Positions 1-9,329 are shown, counted from the first letter of the stretch. The stretch: DNA of 34,044 nucleotides from Minisyncoccia bacterium (GCA_041752275.1 JBGSHK010000014.1:1-34044), one strand, 5' to 3'. Program-made: numbers and translations. The notes: a model not told the origin generated them from the letters alone.

Positions 1-177
1 AAAAATGGTTATATAGTATCCACAACAGGTTCAGGATCTATTGGTAATGAAACAACATATTTTGGTCCCGCAACTCAAGCTGCTTTGATAAAGTTTCAAA
101 AAGCTAATAACATATCACCGGCAGTTGGTTATTTTGGCCCTATAACAAAAGAACTTGTAGAAAGTTTAAGTAGATAG
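1..177 (+). CDS. C-terminal fragment of a peptidoglycan-binding-domain protein (runs in from outside the window)
   Basis: Frame 1 reads KNGYIVSTTGSGSIGNETTYFGPATQAALIKFQKANNISPAVGYFGPITKELVESLSR* (TAG 175-177). FGPATxxALxxFQ...GYFGPxT is the PG_binding_1 pattern, also seen in the 11430..15206 protein. Confidence 0.85.
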   Translation, partial: KNGYIVSTTGSGSIGNETTYFGPATQAALIKFQKANNISPAVGYFGPITKELVESLSR

Positions 178-180
178 AGG

Positions 181-906
181 TTATAAACTTATACCGTCTT
201 TTCTCAACCTCTCCATCGCATAACTATAAGTTATCTTGCTCATTTTTCCCTTATTTTCCCTTATAAAACTAACCAGATCCAACTCACTACATCTTTTACC
301 TGACTCTCTTAGCATCCACCCTACCGCCTTATGCATAAGATGGTGTTTATCGCCCAGCAACTTTTTGGCTATATAAAATATCTCTTTGTTGTCATGTTGT
401 TTTATTTTGTAAAATGTAGCAACAACTATCATACGTCTCATCCACAAATCTTTATGTGACATACACAGGTCTGTAAAATCTTTTAACTCTTTCTTAGAAA
501 GATGATTGTAAATATAATCCCCACCTATCTTGTACGCCGATGTATCTATAAGGTCCCAGTTATTTATACCCTTGCCAAAACCTATGTTGTCAATATATAT
601 GTCAAATATTTTTTTCTTATCTTCTTTTGTTTTTGATTTTTTATATAAATATTCTAAGAAAAATAAAGCTAGCAATCTTTCTTCATGAAATTTACTTTTC
701 AATAGTGTTTGAACCTCCTTTAAAGTTATATCATTTTTATACTTTACACATATAACCCTCGTGTCAGGTACCGTTACACCCATAAAAATATCACCTTCTC
801 CGTAACCACCTTTGTGGGTTTGGAAAAATGATTGACAGATGTCTTTGCGGGGTTTGGTGGAGAGCGATTTTAAGGATTTGTTTATAAGGGTGAGAGTGTT
901 TGGCAT
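181..906 (-). CDS. DNA alkylation repair protein (AlkD-like HEAT-repeat family)
   Basis: Family-typical motifs FFxTxKGxYGEGDxFxGVTVP, INNWDLIDTSA, LWMRR, HKAVGWMLRESGKR. Confidence 0.85.
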   Translation of the reverse strand: MPNTLTLINKSLKSLSTKPRKDICQSFFQTHKGGYGEGDIFMGVTVPDTRVICVKYKNDITLKEVQTLLKSKFHEERLLALFFLEYLYKKSKTKEDKKKIFDIYIDNIGFGKGINNWDLIDTSAYKIGGDYIYNHLSKKELKDFTDLCMSHKDLWMRRMIVVATFYKIKQHDNKEIFYIAKKLLGDKHHLMHKAVGWMLRESGKRCSELDLVSFIRENKGKMSKITYSYAMERLRKDGISL

Positions 907-924
907 AGATATATTATATCAAAT

Positions 925-960
925 AAAAAACCCGTTGATATGGTGGCATCGCGGGGATTT
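925..960 (-). terminator. Possible intrinsic terminator of the 988..1548 gene
   Basis: Minus strand CCCG-CGAT...ATC-AACGGG imperfect stem followed by TTTTTT. Confidence 0.45.
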
Positions 961-987
961 GTTTTTTTTGCAAAGAGTTTACATCTC

Positions 988-1548
988 TCATTGAATATTT
1001 GGGACTATATCAAGAACGGTGTTGTCAACACTATCAGAGATCTTACTATCTCTGTTCAACACAGCCAGAAAGGTAAAATAATCCGCACTTGTTAGTTTAG
1101 GGCTTCCTAACGCCCAATTTTTAAACCATTCTCCAAACTTTGCTCTGAAATCGACACTAAATCCAGGAATCTTAGACAAAGAGCTACCTAAACTTTCTAT
1201 TGTTTTTTCTGGTATTTTTTTTGTTGACAATAAATCGAACAAGGCGATTAATTGCCAAACTTTTAAAATGTTGAGTTTTTTAATCTTTTTGAGAACCGCC
1301 TCTGAAATGTTTAAAGTTTCAATGGACTGAATCATGAATACTCGAAGGTTTTTAGGGTTGTTTAAACCTCCTTGATCAACGTCGAAAAGACTGAACTCGG
1401 TCTGAACATTTTCCGTACGGCACAATACTACTTTATTTATAACCATGAGTTCGCCTGAGGTTGTAAAAAACTGGATTTCTGTATCGGAGGATAAGCCGAA
1501 TTCACGAAATAGCAATGATTGTATGACTTCTAGTGAAAGTGTAATCAT
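988..1548 (-). CDS. Hypothetical protein with a possible RNA polymerase alpha-CTD-like domain
   Basis: 186-aa ORF. SIETLNISEAVLKKIKKLNILKVWQLI...PEKTIESLGSSL resembles the alpha-CTD pattern IEELxLSxRxxNxLKxxxIxTVxDL...GxKSxxEIxxxL. Confidence 0.5.
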   Translation of the reverse strand: MITLSLEVIQSLLFREFGLSSDTEIQFFTTSGELMVINKVVLCRTENVQTEFSLFDVDQGGLNNPKNLRVFMIQSIETLNISEAVLKKIKKLNILKVWQLIALFDLLSTKKIPEKTIESLGSSLSKIPGFSVDFRAKFGEWFKNWALGSPKLTSADYFTFLAVLNRDSKISDSVDNTVLDIVPNIQ

Positions 1549-1642
1549 AATATTAATGTTTTACATAAACAGGTTATAACCAAAAACCTTTGGTGTCAAT
1601 CTTTACCTCTATATATAAAACCTTCATGCTATAATATATCTA

Positions 1643-3910
1643 ATGCTTCAAAAACCATTAACCGAAATCATCAAAAACATCAGTAAACCACATCTTTTAG
1701 CGTTGGATAAACTACGTATAAAAACAGTATCGGACCTGTTATACCATTTCCCTGTTCGCTATGGTGATGCTTTTAAAGCTGGATATATACGAGACATCGA
1801 AGCTGATCAAAGTGTTGTTCTTTATGGGGAAATACAAAACATAGAAGCAAATCAAAGTTTTAGAACTAAGATGATGATAGTTGAAGCGGTACTCAGAGAC
1901 GACACAGGTTCCATAAAACTCTCTTGGTACAATCAGATATACATAAGTAAAATGTTCAAAGAGGGTGATATAGTAAAAGTTTCTGGAACTGTAAAAGAAA
2001 GTAAAGGTAAATTTTCTATCGTAAATCCAACCATAGAAAAAACCAAAGCTGATCCTTTAAACCAAGGTATGAATCTTTTCGGACAAAAAGAAGAAGTTTT
2101 ATTTCAGCCTATATATAGAGAAAGTAAAAACATTTCTTCAAAATATATACACACACTTATAGAAAAGATCTTTTTAAACCCAGAGTTTAAAAACATGCAA
2201 GACAATATTCCGGAAGATGTGCGAAAAAAATATTCGCTACCCTCTTTTCAAGATGCACTAATATATATACATAGTCCTAGGGTTGAAAAAGATACAGAGA
2301 TAGCCAAAAAAAGATTTGCCTTTGAAGAAGTTTTTTATATACAACTTAAAAATGCAAAAAATAGAAAAGATGCACAAGAGTCACTTTCATATTCTTTTGT
2401 TGGATTGGACGAAGCGTTGGACAACTTTAGAAAACATTTATCTTTCGACTTGACCGAGGCTCAAGAGAAATCAATAAACGCCATCTTGAACGATTTCAAA
2501 AAGACTCATCCGATGTCTCGCCTACTTGAAGGAGATGTTGGTTCTGGAAAGACCGCAGTGGCTGCAGCTGCATCATACGCCATCATTGCATCACGTGTAA
2601 AAAGCATGAGAGACATGGATCAGAAAAATGCTCGCTTACAGGTGGCTTACATGGCACCGACGGAGATACTTGCTAAGCAACATTATGAATCGTTTACACA
2701 GTTGTTTGCAAAACTACCTATAAACATAGGGCTTTTGACTGGTTCAGGGTGCAAAAAGTTTCCTTCAAAATCATCTCTTCTTACCAACAAGCAAGGGACT
2801 GATATTTCCAAAAATCAAATACTCAAATGGATTGCCTCAGGTGACATATCTATAGTTATAGGAACACATGCGCTTATACAAAAATCAGTTGTCTTTCGTG
2901 ATCTTGCTTTTGTTATCATAGATGAGCAACATAGGTTTGGGACCAAGCAAAGACAAAAACTTGCAAACAAACATTTGGTTGACGAAGAAACCAAAAACAA
3001 GTTAAAGAAAAAAGATACACTTAGGGTAAATAAAAAATCATATATTGATAATAAAAATAATTATACAGGTCCAAAAATAATACAAACACCTCACCTACTA
3101 TCAATGACCGCTACACCTATTCCCCGTACACTTGCTCTAACCGTGTTTGGTGATCTTGATCTTTCTATAGTTGATCAAATGCCTTCAGGGCGAAAACCTA
3201 TAATCACTGAAATCATAGGTGAAGATAAAAGAGAAAATATGTATGAGCATGTTCATACACAGTTAAAAGAAGGCAGGCAAGCTTATGTTATATGTGCTCG
3301 TATACAAGATCCTGATCCAGATTTGATGAGTAGACTAAATGTTAAATCAGTACAAGAAGAGGCGCTGAGGTTGGCCAAAAATGATTTTAAAGAATACAGT
3401 ATTGGAGTACTTCATGGAAAAATTAAAACTGCAGAGAAAGATAAAACTATGAAAGATTTTTTGGATGGAAAAATAGATATCTTGGTTGCAACATCTGTAA
3501 TAGAAGTTGGGGTAAATGTACCGAATGCAACAGTGATCATGATCGAAGGATCTGACAGGTTTGGGCTTTCACAAATACACCAGCTCCGAGGTCGTGTTAT
3601 ACGTGGAAATCATCAAGCCTATTGTTATCTTTGTACATCAACCGTCAATGCAAAAACTATCGAGAGACTTGAGGCTTTGAAGAAAGCTAAAAATGGTTTT
3701 GAGTTGGCTGAACTTGATCTGAAAATGCGTGGTGCCGGAGAGTTATATGGTGATAAACAATGGGGTTTGAGTGATATAGGTATGGAGGCTATAAAGAATC
3801 TAAAGATGGTTGAGGCAGCAAGGGAAGTGGCTAACGAGTTGGTTGAGAAAGGGTTGAGTGATGAGTTGTTGAAGCTAGTTGAGGAGAGTGAGGGGTTGCA
3901 TATGGAGTAG
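1643..3910 (+). CDS. recG: ATP-dependent DNA helicase RecG
   Basis: N-terminal DLLYHFPVRY and OB wedge domain; LLEGDVGSGKT, MAPTEILAKQH, DEQHRFG, MTATPIPRTL, QLRGRV, GFELAELDLKMRGAGE. Confidence 0.97.
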   Translation: MLQKPLTEIIKNISKPHLLALDKLRIKTVSDLLYHFPVRYGDAFKAGYIRDIEADQSVVLYGEIQNIEANQSFRTKMMIVEAVLRDDTGSIKLSWYNQIYISKMFKEGDIVKVSGTVKESKGKFSIVNPTIEKTKADPLNQGMNLFGQKEEVLFQPIYRESKNISSKYIHTLIEKIFLNPEFKNMQDNIPEDVRKKYSLPSFQDALIYIHSPRVEKDTEIAKKRFAFEEVFYIQLKNAKNRKDAQESLSYSFVGLDEALDNFRKHLSFDLTEAQEKSINAILNDFKKTHPMSRLLEGDVGSGKTAVAAAASYAIIASRVKSMRDMDQKNARLQVAYMAPTEILAKQHYESFTQLFAKLPINIGLLTGSGCKKFPSKSSLLTNKQGTDISKNQILKWIASGDISIVIGTHALIQKSVVFRDLAFVIIDEQHRFGTKQRQKLANKHLVDEETKNKLKKKDTLRVNKKSYIDNKNNYTGPKIIQTPHLLSMTATPIPRTLALTVFGDLDLSIVDQMPSGRKPIITEIIGEDKRENMYEHVHTQLKEGRQAYVICARIQDPDPDLMSRLNVKSVQEEALRLAKNDFKEYSIGVLHGKIKTAEKDKTMKDFLDGKIDILVATSVIEVGVNVPNATVIMIEGSDRFGLSQIHQLRGRVIRGNHQAYCYLCTSTVNAKTIERLEALKKAKNGFELAELDLKMRGAGELYGDKQWGLSDIGMEAIKNLKMVEAAREVANELVEKGLSDELLKLVEESEGLHME

Positions 3911-3913
3911 AGT

Positions 3914-3941
3914 AAAAAAAACACCCCAAAGGGTGTTTTTT
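3914..3941. terminator. Bidirectional intrinsic terminator between recG and tRNA-Ile
   Basis: AAAAAAAACACCC-CAAA-GGGTGTTTTTT hairpin with A/T tracts on both sides, between convergent genes. Confidence 0.85.
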
Positions 3942-3942
3942 A

Positions 3943-4018
3943 TGGTGCAAGCACTAGGATTCGAACCTAGGACCGGTCGTGTATAAGACGACTGCTCTAC
4001 CAACTGAGCTATGCTTGC
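3943..4018 (-). tRNA. tRNA-Ile with anticodon UAU (76 nt, CCA encoded)
   Basis: Reverse complement GCAAGCA TA GCTC AGTTGGTA GAGC A GTCGT CTTATAC ACGAC CGGTC CTAGG TTCGAAT CCTAG TGCTTGC ACCA folds into a full cloverleaf; anticodon TAT at 3985-3983. Confidence 0.93.
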
Positions 4019-4028
4019 GCTTTGTTGT

Positions 4029-4057
4029 ATCATATCAAAGTTTTACTATACCGTCAA
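4029..4057 (-). promoter_or_regulatory. Sigma70-type promoter of tRNA-Ile
   Basis: Minus strand TTGACG-17 bp-TATGAT with extended TGn, ending 10 nt before the tRNA. Confidence 0.7.
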
Positions 4058-4075
4058 AGATAGTATAATCATATT

Positions 4076-4753
4076 ATGCATAACGAATTTTTTAAACATT
4101 ATACAGAAAATCTATCAACTATAGAAAAAATATCTTTTTTATTTAGAGAAAAATTGCCTAAAATAAACATGGATATAGAAAGTTATGAAAAAAAATGTGA
4201 GGAAGATGAAGTCTTTAAAGAACTTTTTGAAGATGTTTTAAATACAAGTTATAGATACACTGTTGATGTTGCTAACATGGAAAAGTTTGCAAGAGAAGAT
4301 AAAAATAACTCTGAAGAAGATTTTCTTGAAGCGGATCAAAAAAGAAGTGCAACCCATAACTCCATGATAGCAGCCTTAAATATAATGGCTAGATATATAG
4401 AAACAAAAGAATTAGATTTAGATTTAGAATGGTTTAATTGGCAAACAGAAAATAGAGCAGCTTATGGAAAGTTTGCAATATTATTAACTTTGAATGTTTT
4501 CAAACAAGATATAATATTACACAAAATAGAAGAGATGGATATCGATGAAATTAAAAAAGATTTAGATGAGGTTGAGTTAATGGTTATAGATTATGTTTTA
4601 ATATTATCAAAAATATACGAAGATCGCAGAGAGCCTGTAGAATCAGAGTTAGAAAAACTAAATAAAATATCAGCAGAGTTGGGTAAAGATTCTGAAAATA
4701 TTTTATCTGCTTTTTATGAGATTTATAAGAAGAGATATATGAAGGGTAAATAA
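4076..4753 (+). CDS. Hypothetical acidic helical protein
   Basis: 225-aa ORF with TATAAT 6 nt before the ATG. DQKRSATHNSMIAALNIMAR recalls the DUF3232 DxxRxxxHN motif (from memory, unverified). Confidence 0.7.
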   Translation: MHNEFFKHYTENLSTIEKISFLFREKLPKINMDIESYEKKCEEDEVFKELFEDVLNTSYRYTVDVANMEKFAREDKNNSEEDFLEADQKRSATHNSMIAALNIMARYIETKELDLDLEWFNWQTENRAAYGKFAILLTLNVFKQDIILHKIEEMDIDEIKKDLDEVELMVIDYVLILSKIYEDRREPVESELEKLNKISAELGKDSENILSAFYEIYKKRYMKGK

Positions 4754-5569
4754 TTATTTTTTACCACCCTTACCTAAAAACTTCCTTTTCGACACAATAG
4801 ACCTCCCCAACTCCTTTTCCAACTGCTTTCTTGCACCTCCAGCTATGTCTCCTCCTCTTTTAGCATCCACCTTCAGCTTTTTTACTCCTTTCGAGTCCTC
4901 GTTTTTATGTATCTCAGTAGTCGACTTTTCACCAAGCATATTGAAAATGAGCTCAAAGTCATCCATATGATCTCTTAAGTTTTCTTTCTTTAAACCTTTG
5001 AGTTTTTTGTATTCTGATGGAGTTACACCGAAAGTTGCTTTTGATATCTCAGAAGTTAAAAGTTCATAATCTCTATTTTCTCTAGCACCTCTGTTTTTCC
5101 ATTCATCTGTAAGTTCTTCACGTATCGCTATACCTCGTATTCTTTTTTCTATCCAACCATCACTATATCCTTTTAATTTGTATAACATCCTTGTTCTTTT
5201 AGTTGCTAGCTCTGGATCTTGTATCTCCTGTACACGCTCAAAACCCACTTTTGCAAGCCAGCGTTTAAAAGGCTCAGCTTTGGGTGACGGTATAGATTGT
5301 ATGATACGAAATATTCCTTCTGTATTGGAGCAGTCTGTTAGATACCGCTTACCATCAGAAGATTATAGTTTCAGTTGTACCCAAAATGGGAACGACTCAG
5401 TCATAGAAGTATCCCTTTCTTTAAGTTTTTCCCAGTAAGTCTTAGGGTGAGGACTATCTGTTAAAGCTTCAATAACATCAAGTATAGAAAACCACCATTC
5501 ATTTTTATGAAGTACTTTACGAATCTTTTTGTTTTTAAATATTGATATTTGTGTTGGTATTTTATCCAT
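4754..5569 (-). pseudogene. Bro-N domain (phage antirepressor-like) gene interrupted by one in-frame TAA
   Basis: ORFs 5363..5569 and 4754..5248 share a frame. Read-through gives ...EWWFSILDVIEALTDS...QLKL*SSDGKRYLTDCSNTEGIFRIIQSIPSPKAEPFKRWLAKVGFER..., a Bro-N family sequence; the stop is at 5363-5365. Confidence 0.85.
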
Positions 5570-5679
5570 AAAAATATTATATCAGAGACAAAAATCAAGT
5601 GTTGTGTTGTAAAAACTTTATCTTTTCTTTATGTTAAAAATAACCGTACGAAAAAATCGTACAGTCATTTTACAAAAAC

Positions 5680-7554
5680 CTACTCCTTCTCAACCTTTAT
5701 CCCAAAACCTCTTATAATATCCTCATACTCACCTTGCTCCAAAGTCTCCTTCTCAACTAAAGATTTTGATATTGCATCTAAACACTCACGGTTTTGATTT
5801 ATAATAGTCAAAACTCGCTCATATGCTTCATTCATTATTTTTGAAACTTCACTATCTATAAACTCATTTGTTTTTTCACTATAGTTTTTACTTTCAACAC
5901 TGTTACCAAACATAGCGCGGCCGCCGGCAGGCTCTAAAGCAACAGGCCCTACAGCATCACTCATACCATACTTTGTAACCATGTCACGTGCCAAAGATGA
6001 GGCAACCTGAAGATCGTTAGATGATCCAGTAGTCAAATCACCAAAGATGGTTTTTTCTACAACATAACCTCCAAGTGAAACTGCTATATCATCCAAAAAC
6101 TCGAGCTTACTTTGCATTTTTTTATCTTCATTGGGTAGTTTAAGTGTGTAACCTGCGGCGCGACCACGAGAGATGATAGAAACTTTGTGTATAGGATCAG
6201 CATATGGAAGTACAGATGCAACTATTGCATGACCTGCTTCATGATAAGCTGTGAGTTCTTTTTCTTTTTTACCCATAACATGAGTTTGACGTATCGGTCC
6301 AAGCATAACTTTTTCTATGGATACTATTAGATCATTTTGTACTATCTCTTTTTTATCATGACGTGCAGCGAGTATGGCAGCTTCGTTCATAATAGAGTGT
6401 AGTTCTGCCCCAGAAAAACCAGGTGTTCTTTCTGCCACTGTTTCAAGTCTTATATCTTTTTCTAGGGGCTTATTTTTGGCATGTATTTTAAGTATTTCCA
6501 GTCTATCTTTTCTATCCGGAAGTTCTACATTTACCCTTCTATCAAAACGTCCTGGACGCAAAAGCGCAGGATCTAAAACATCAGGTCTGTTTGTTGCAGC
6601 CATGATGATAACTGAGTCTGATGGTTCAAAACCATCCATCTCTACAAGTATTTGGTTCAATGTCTGTTCTCTTTCATCATTTCCACCACCCATACCCACA
6701 CCTCTTACACGCCCTACAGCATCTATCTCGTCTATAAATATAATTGCAGGTTGTGAAGCACGAGCAACTTTAAACATATCACGCACACGTGAAGCACCAA
6801 CACCAACAAACAGTTCCACAAACTCTGATCCTGATATGGAGAAAAATGTTACACCCGCCTCACCTGCTACAGCACGAGCGAGTAAAGTTTTTCCTGTACC
6901 TGGTGCACCCATTAAAAGTATTCCTCGAGGAATACGTGCACCTATAGATGAAAACTTTTTAGGATTTTTTAAAAAATCAACAACCTCTTCGAGTTCATGC
7001 TTAGCCTCTTTTACCCCTGCCACGTCTGCAAAAGTTATCTTTTCTTTTTGACCATCAGATGACATAAGTTTTGCACGAGTTGAACCGAAAGAAAAAGCTT
7101 GTCCACCTGCACCCTTCATACCGCGAGAAAAAAACCAAATTATGAGCAAGAAAAGTATTATAGGAAATAAGAAAGGAAAAACACTAGCGGCAATATATCC
7201 AGCACTTTTATCATCTTTTATCTCTACAGATGTTAAGGCTAGTTTTGTCTTATCAACACCTAAATTAGACAGTGTTTCAGTTAAAGATGATTGACCTTCT
7301 TTTTTAGAAGTTTTTTCTGTTCCATCTTTATATACAATATTTATCTTTTCATTTATATTTTGTATAGAAGTTATTTTTTCTGTATTTATATCATTAACAA
7401 GTTCGGTTAGAGTTATGTTCTGATCTACTTTTTTATCTTCTTGTAAATAACCAGATAGTGTAAAAATTATAATAAAAAATACTATTATTCCAAAAGTATT
7501 CTTGATCAATATAGTTTTTAAACCATTTTTAGTCTCTTTTTTGTTTTTTGCCAT
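5680..7554 (-). CDS. ftsH: ATP-dependent zinc metalloprotease FtsH
   Basis: Two N-terminal TM segments, [46 protein letters not shown] zinc motif. Confidence 0.98.
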   Translation of the reverse strand: MAKNKKETKNGLKTILIKNTFGIIVFFIIIFTLSGYLQEDKKVDQNITLTELVNDINTEKITSIQNINEKINIVYKDGTEKTSKKEGQSSLTETLSNLGVDKTKLALTSVEIKDDKSAGYIAASVFPFLFPIILFLLIIWFFSRGMKGAGGQAFSFGSTRAKLMSSDGQKEKITFADVAGVKEAKHELEEVVDFLKNPKKFSSIGARIPRGILLMGAPGTGKTLLARAVAGEAGVTFFSISGSEFVELFVGVGASRVRDMFKVARASQPAIIFIDEIDAVGRVRGVGMGGGNDEREQTLNQILVEMDGFEPSDSVIIMAATNRPDVLDPALLRPGRFDRRVNVELPDRKDRLEILKIHAKNKPLEKDIRLETVAERTPGFSGAELHSIMNEAAILAARHDKKEIVQNDLIVSIEKVMLGPIRQTHVMGKKEKELTAYHEAGHAIVASVLPYADPIHKVSIISRGRAAGYTLKLPNEDKKMQSKLEFLDDIAVSLGGYVVEKTIFGDLTTGSSNDLQVASSLARDMVTKYGMSDAVGPVALEPAGGRAMFGNSVESKNYSEKTNEFIDSEVSKIMNEAYERVLTIINQNRECLDAISKSLVEKETLEQGEYEDIIRGFGIKVEKE

Positions 7555-7664
7555 TGTTCTGATATTAGCATTTATTTAGGGGTATTAATAGGTTTGAAAC
7601 TTTGGTTTTTATTTAGCATTTCTTTATCAGAACTTTATGCTATATCAGTATAATAGAGGGGATG

Positions 7665-7700
7665 AATAATAAAAATCACCCAAATTGAGTGATGTTTATT
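7665..7700 (-). terminator. Intrinsic terminator downstream of the small RNA candidate
   Basis: Minus strand ATCACTCA-ATT-TGGGTGAT (one G-U pair) followed by TTTTATT. Confidence 0.7.
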
Positions 7701-7768
7701 GTGCTCTATTCCCTATCCTTAATTCTTTTTAAGGAAAGCGGCCCATCCGGACTCAGTTCAAGAACACA
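7700..7768 (-). ncRNA. Unidentified ~70-nt structured RNA candidate
   Basis: Closing stem TGTGTTCT/AGAGCACA, hairpins GTCC-GGAT-GGGC and TCCTTAA-AAAGAA-TTAAGGA; upstream TGATATTAT extended -10; terminator directly downstream. Confidence 0.5.
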
Positions 7769-7834
7769 GACTTATATAATATCAATTTTTTTTACTTGTC
7801 AAATATACTTTATTTCTATACTATAAATACAAAG

Positions 7835-8278
7835 ATGGCTATAATACAAAACAAAAAAGCATATCACAACTATGAAATACAGGAAAAAATAGAGTCCGGT
7901 ATAGTGCTTTTTGGGTTTGAGGTTAAGGGTGTTCGTGCGGCTCACATGTCACTTGATGGATCTTATGTGATCATAGACAAAGCTAGTAAAGTTCAGCTCC
8001 TTGGTGCCAATATAAAACCTCTACAGCCTGAAAATGTTCCCGACTCATATGTAGAGACAAGACCTAGAGAGTTGTTGTTAAAGAAGAAACAAGTTAAAGA
8101 GTTGATTGAAAAGTTAGAGCAGGTTGGACATACCATCATTCCCCTTTCTGTTTATAGTAAAGAAGGTTTGATCAAGGTTGAGATAGCACTCGTTAAAGGT
8201 AAGAAAAAGTTCGATAAACGTGAGACTTTGAAAAAGAAAGATGCTCAGAGGGAGATGGATAGGGTTTATAAGAGATAG
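7835..8278 (+). CDS. smpB: SsrA-binding protein SmpB (start moved to ATG 7835)
   Basis: NKKAYHNYEIQEKIESGIVLFGFEVKGVR, RPRELLL, LVKGKKKFDKRETLKKKD; TTGTCA-17-TACTAT promoter just before ATG 7835. Confidence 0.96.
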   Translation: MAIIQNKKAYHNYEIQEKIESGIVLFGFEVKGVRAAHMSLDGSYVIIDKASKVQLLGANIKPLQPENVPDSYVETRPRELLLKKKQVKELIEKLEQVGHTIIPLSVYSKEGLIKVEIALVKGKKKFDKRETLKKKDAQREMDRVYKR

Positions 8279-8299
8279 ATTTTATGTAATACTGAGGTA

Positions 8300-8899
8300 A
8301 TGAATAGCGAAAAGTTACCATCACAATCTACTAGTTGGGCTACATATTACGAAAAAACCAAAGATTTGGAGGTTCCTGAATTATTAAGCAGAGGGATTGA
8401 GTATGTTAAAGATAAAAATGAGGCTATAGATATAGGAGCAGGATCTTTAAGGGATACAAAATTTTTAATAGAAGAAGGTTTTACTGTTACCGCATTGGAC
8501 AGCAGCCCCTTACTTATCAAGCAGGCTGAGGGATTACCTGAAGATAAACTTAATTTGGTTAATTCTTCATATGAAGATTTTAATTTTCCAAAAAACAAAT
8601 ATGATTTTGTGTATTCTTTGCATTCATTGTTTTTTATAAAACCTGAAAATTTTAATATTATTTTTGATAAAATTAAAAACTCTCTCAAAACTGATGGTAT
8701 ACTTTGTATAAGTCTTTCTGGTGAAAAAAGTACAGTAGCAAATGCAAATCAAGGATCAATTCACACAAAAGAAGGTGTTAAAAATTTATTATCCGATATG
8801 GAAATCATAGACCTTACTGAAACATTAACTGATGAATTATTAGTAAGTGGTTATCCGGCCAAAAAACACAATTTTTTAGTCATTGCCAAAAAACTTTAA
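8300..8899 (+). CDS. Class I SAM-dependent methyltransferase (TehB-like)
   Basis: AIDIGAGSLRDT motif I, VTALDSS motif II, YDFVYS, LKTDGILC. Confidence 0.85.
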   Translation: MNSEKLPSQSTSWATYYEKTKDLEVPELLSRGIEYVKDKNEAIDIGAGSLRDTKFLIEEGFTVTALDSSPLLIKQAEGLPEDKLNLVNSSYEDFNFPKNKYDFVYSLHSLFFIKPENFNIIFDKIKNSLKTDGILCISLSGEKSTVANANQGSIHTKEGVKNLLSDMEIIDLTETLTDELLVSGYPAKKHNFLVIAKKL

Positions 8900-8938
8900 T
8901 ATGTAATAATAACCCTGGTAGCGCGTCTACATATATAC

Positions 8939-9329
8939 GGGGATGACCGGATTCGATATATAGATCTTTAACACATATGCGTAACCGAGTACCCTCAAAT
9001 CTCGTTAAACTTTGAGGAACTCTATGTGCTAAAACACAAAAAGCTGTTGCATCCTCTTTTGGATTCAACACTTTCGCCTTTGCTAGAGCGTAAGCTCTCC
9101 CTTAGGTGACATCTTACTTTTATCTACTTTGTGTAAAGGTTAGGGTGTAATATAGCAGAGTAAGGTTAAGGTGGTAATCTTGAACCTCAACCGAGATTAA
9201 AGACAAGTTTATATGATGTTTGGATATGTATTTATAATCATATAAATGAAGTTTGAAAACATATCTATGTTACGTAGATGTATGTGTTATACCTATATAG
9301 ACGAGGGTTCAACTCCCTCCATCTCCACC
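8939..9329 (+). ncRNA. ssrA: tmRNA (one-piece)
   Basis: 5' GGGGATG...GGATTCGA pairs with 3' CATCTCC-ACC including the G3-U70 Ala identity pair; T-arm GAGGG-TTCAACT-CCCTC; tag ORF with stop in AGAGC-GTAA-GCTCT hairpin; smpB nearby. Confidence 0.95.
9028..9093 (+). other. tmRNA tag reading frame AKTQKAVASSFGFNTFAFARA*
   Basis: GCT resume codon after PK1-like region, open to TAA 9091-9093 in a hairpin loop; the exact resume codon is inferred. Confidence 0.7.

Noticed and set aside
5363-5365. Stop-codon reassignment as the cause of the Bro-N interruption
   Set aside because: TAA, TAG and TGA all terminate conserved genes here (dnaA TAA, recG TAG, ruvC TGA); code 11 fits.
4019-5679. Prophage or island at tRNA-Ile
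   Set aside because: The accessory genes lie on the tRNA 5' side, with no integrase, tRNA-end duplication or phage structural genes.
7700-7768. SRP RNA, TPP riboswitch or hammerhead identity for the small RNA
   Set aside because: GUCCGGAUGG resembles the SRP helix-8 tip, but the CAGG/AGCA loop and rod shape are missing. The TPP CUGAGA module and the hammerhead CUGANGA/GAAA core are absent.
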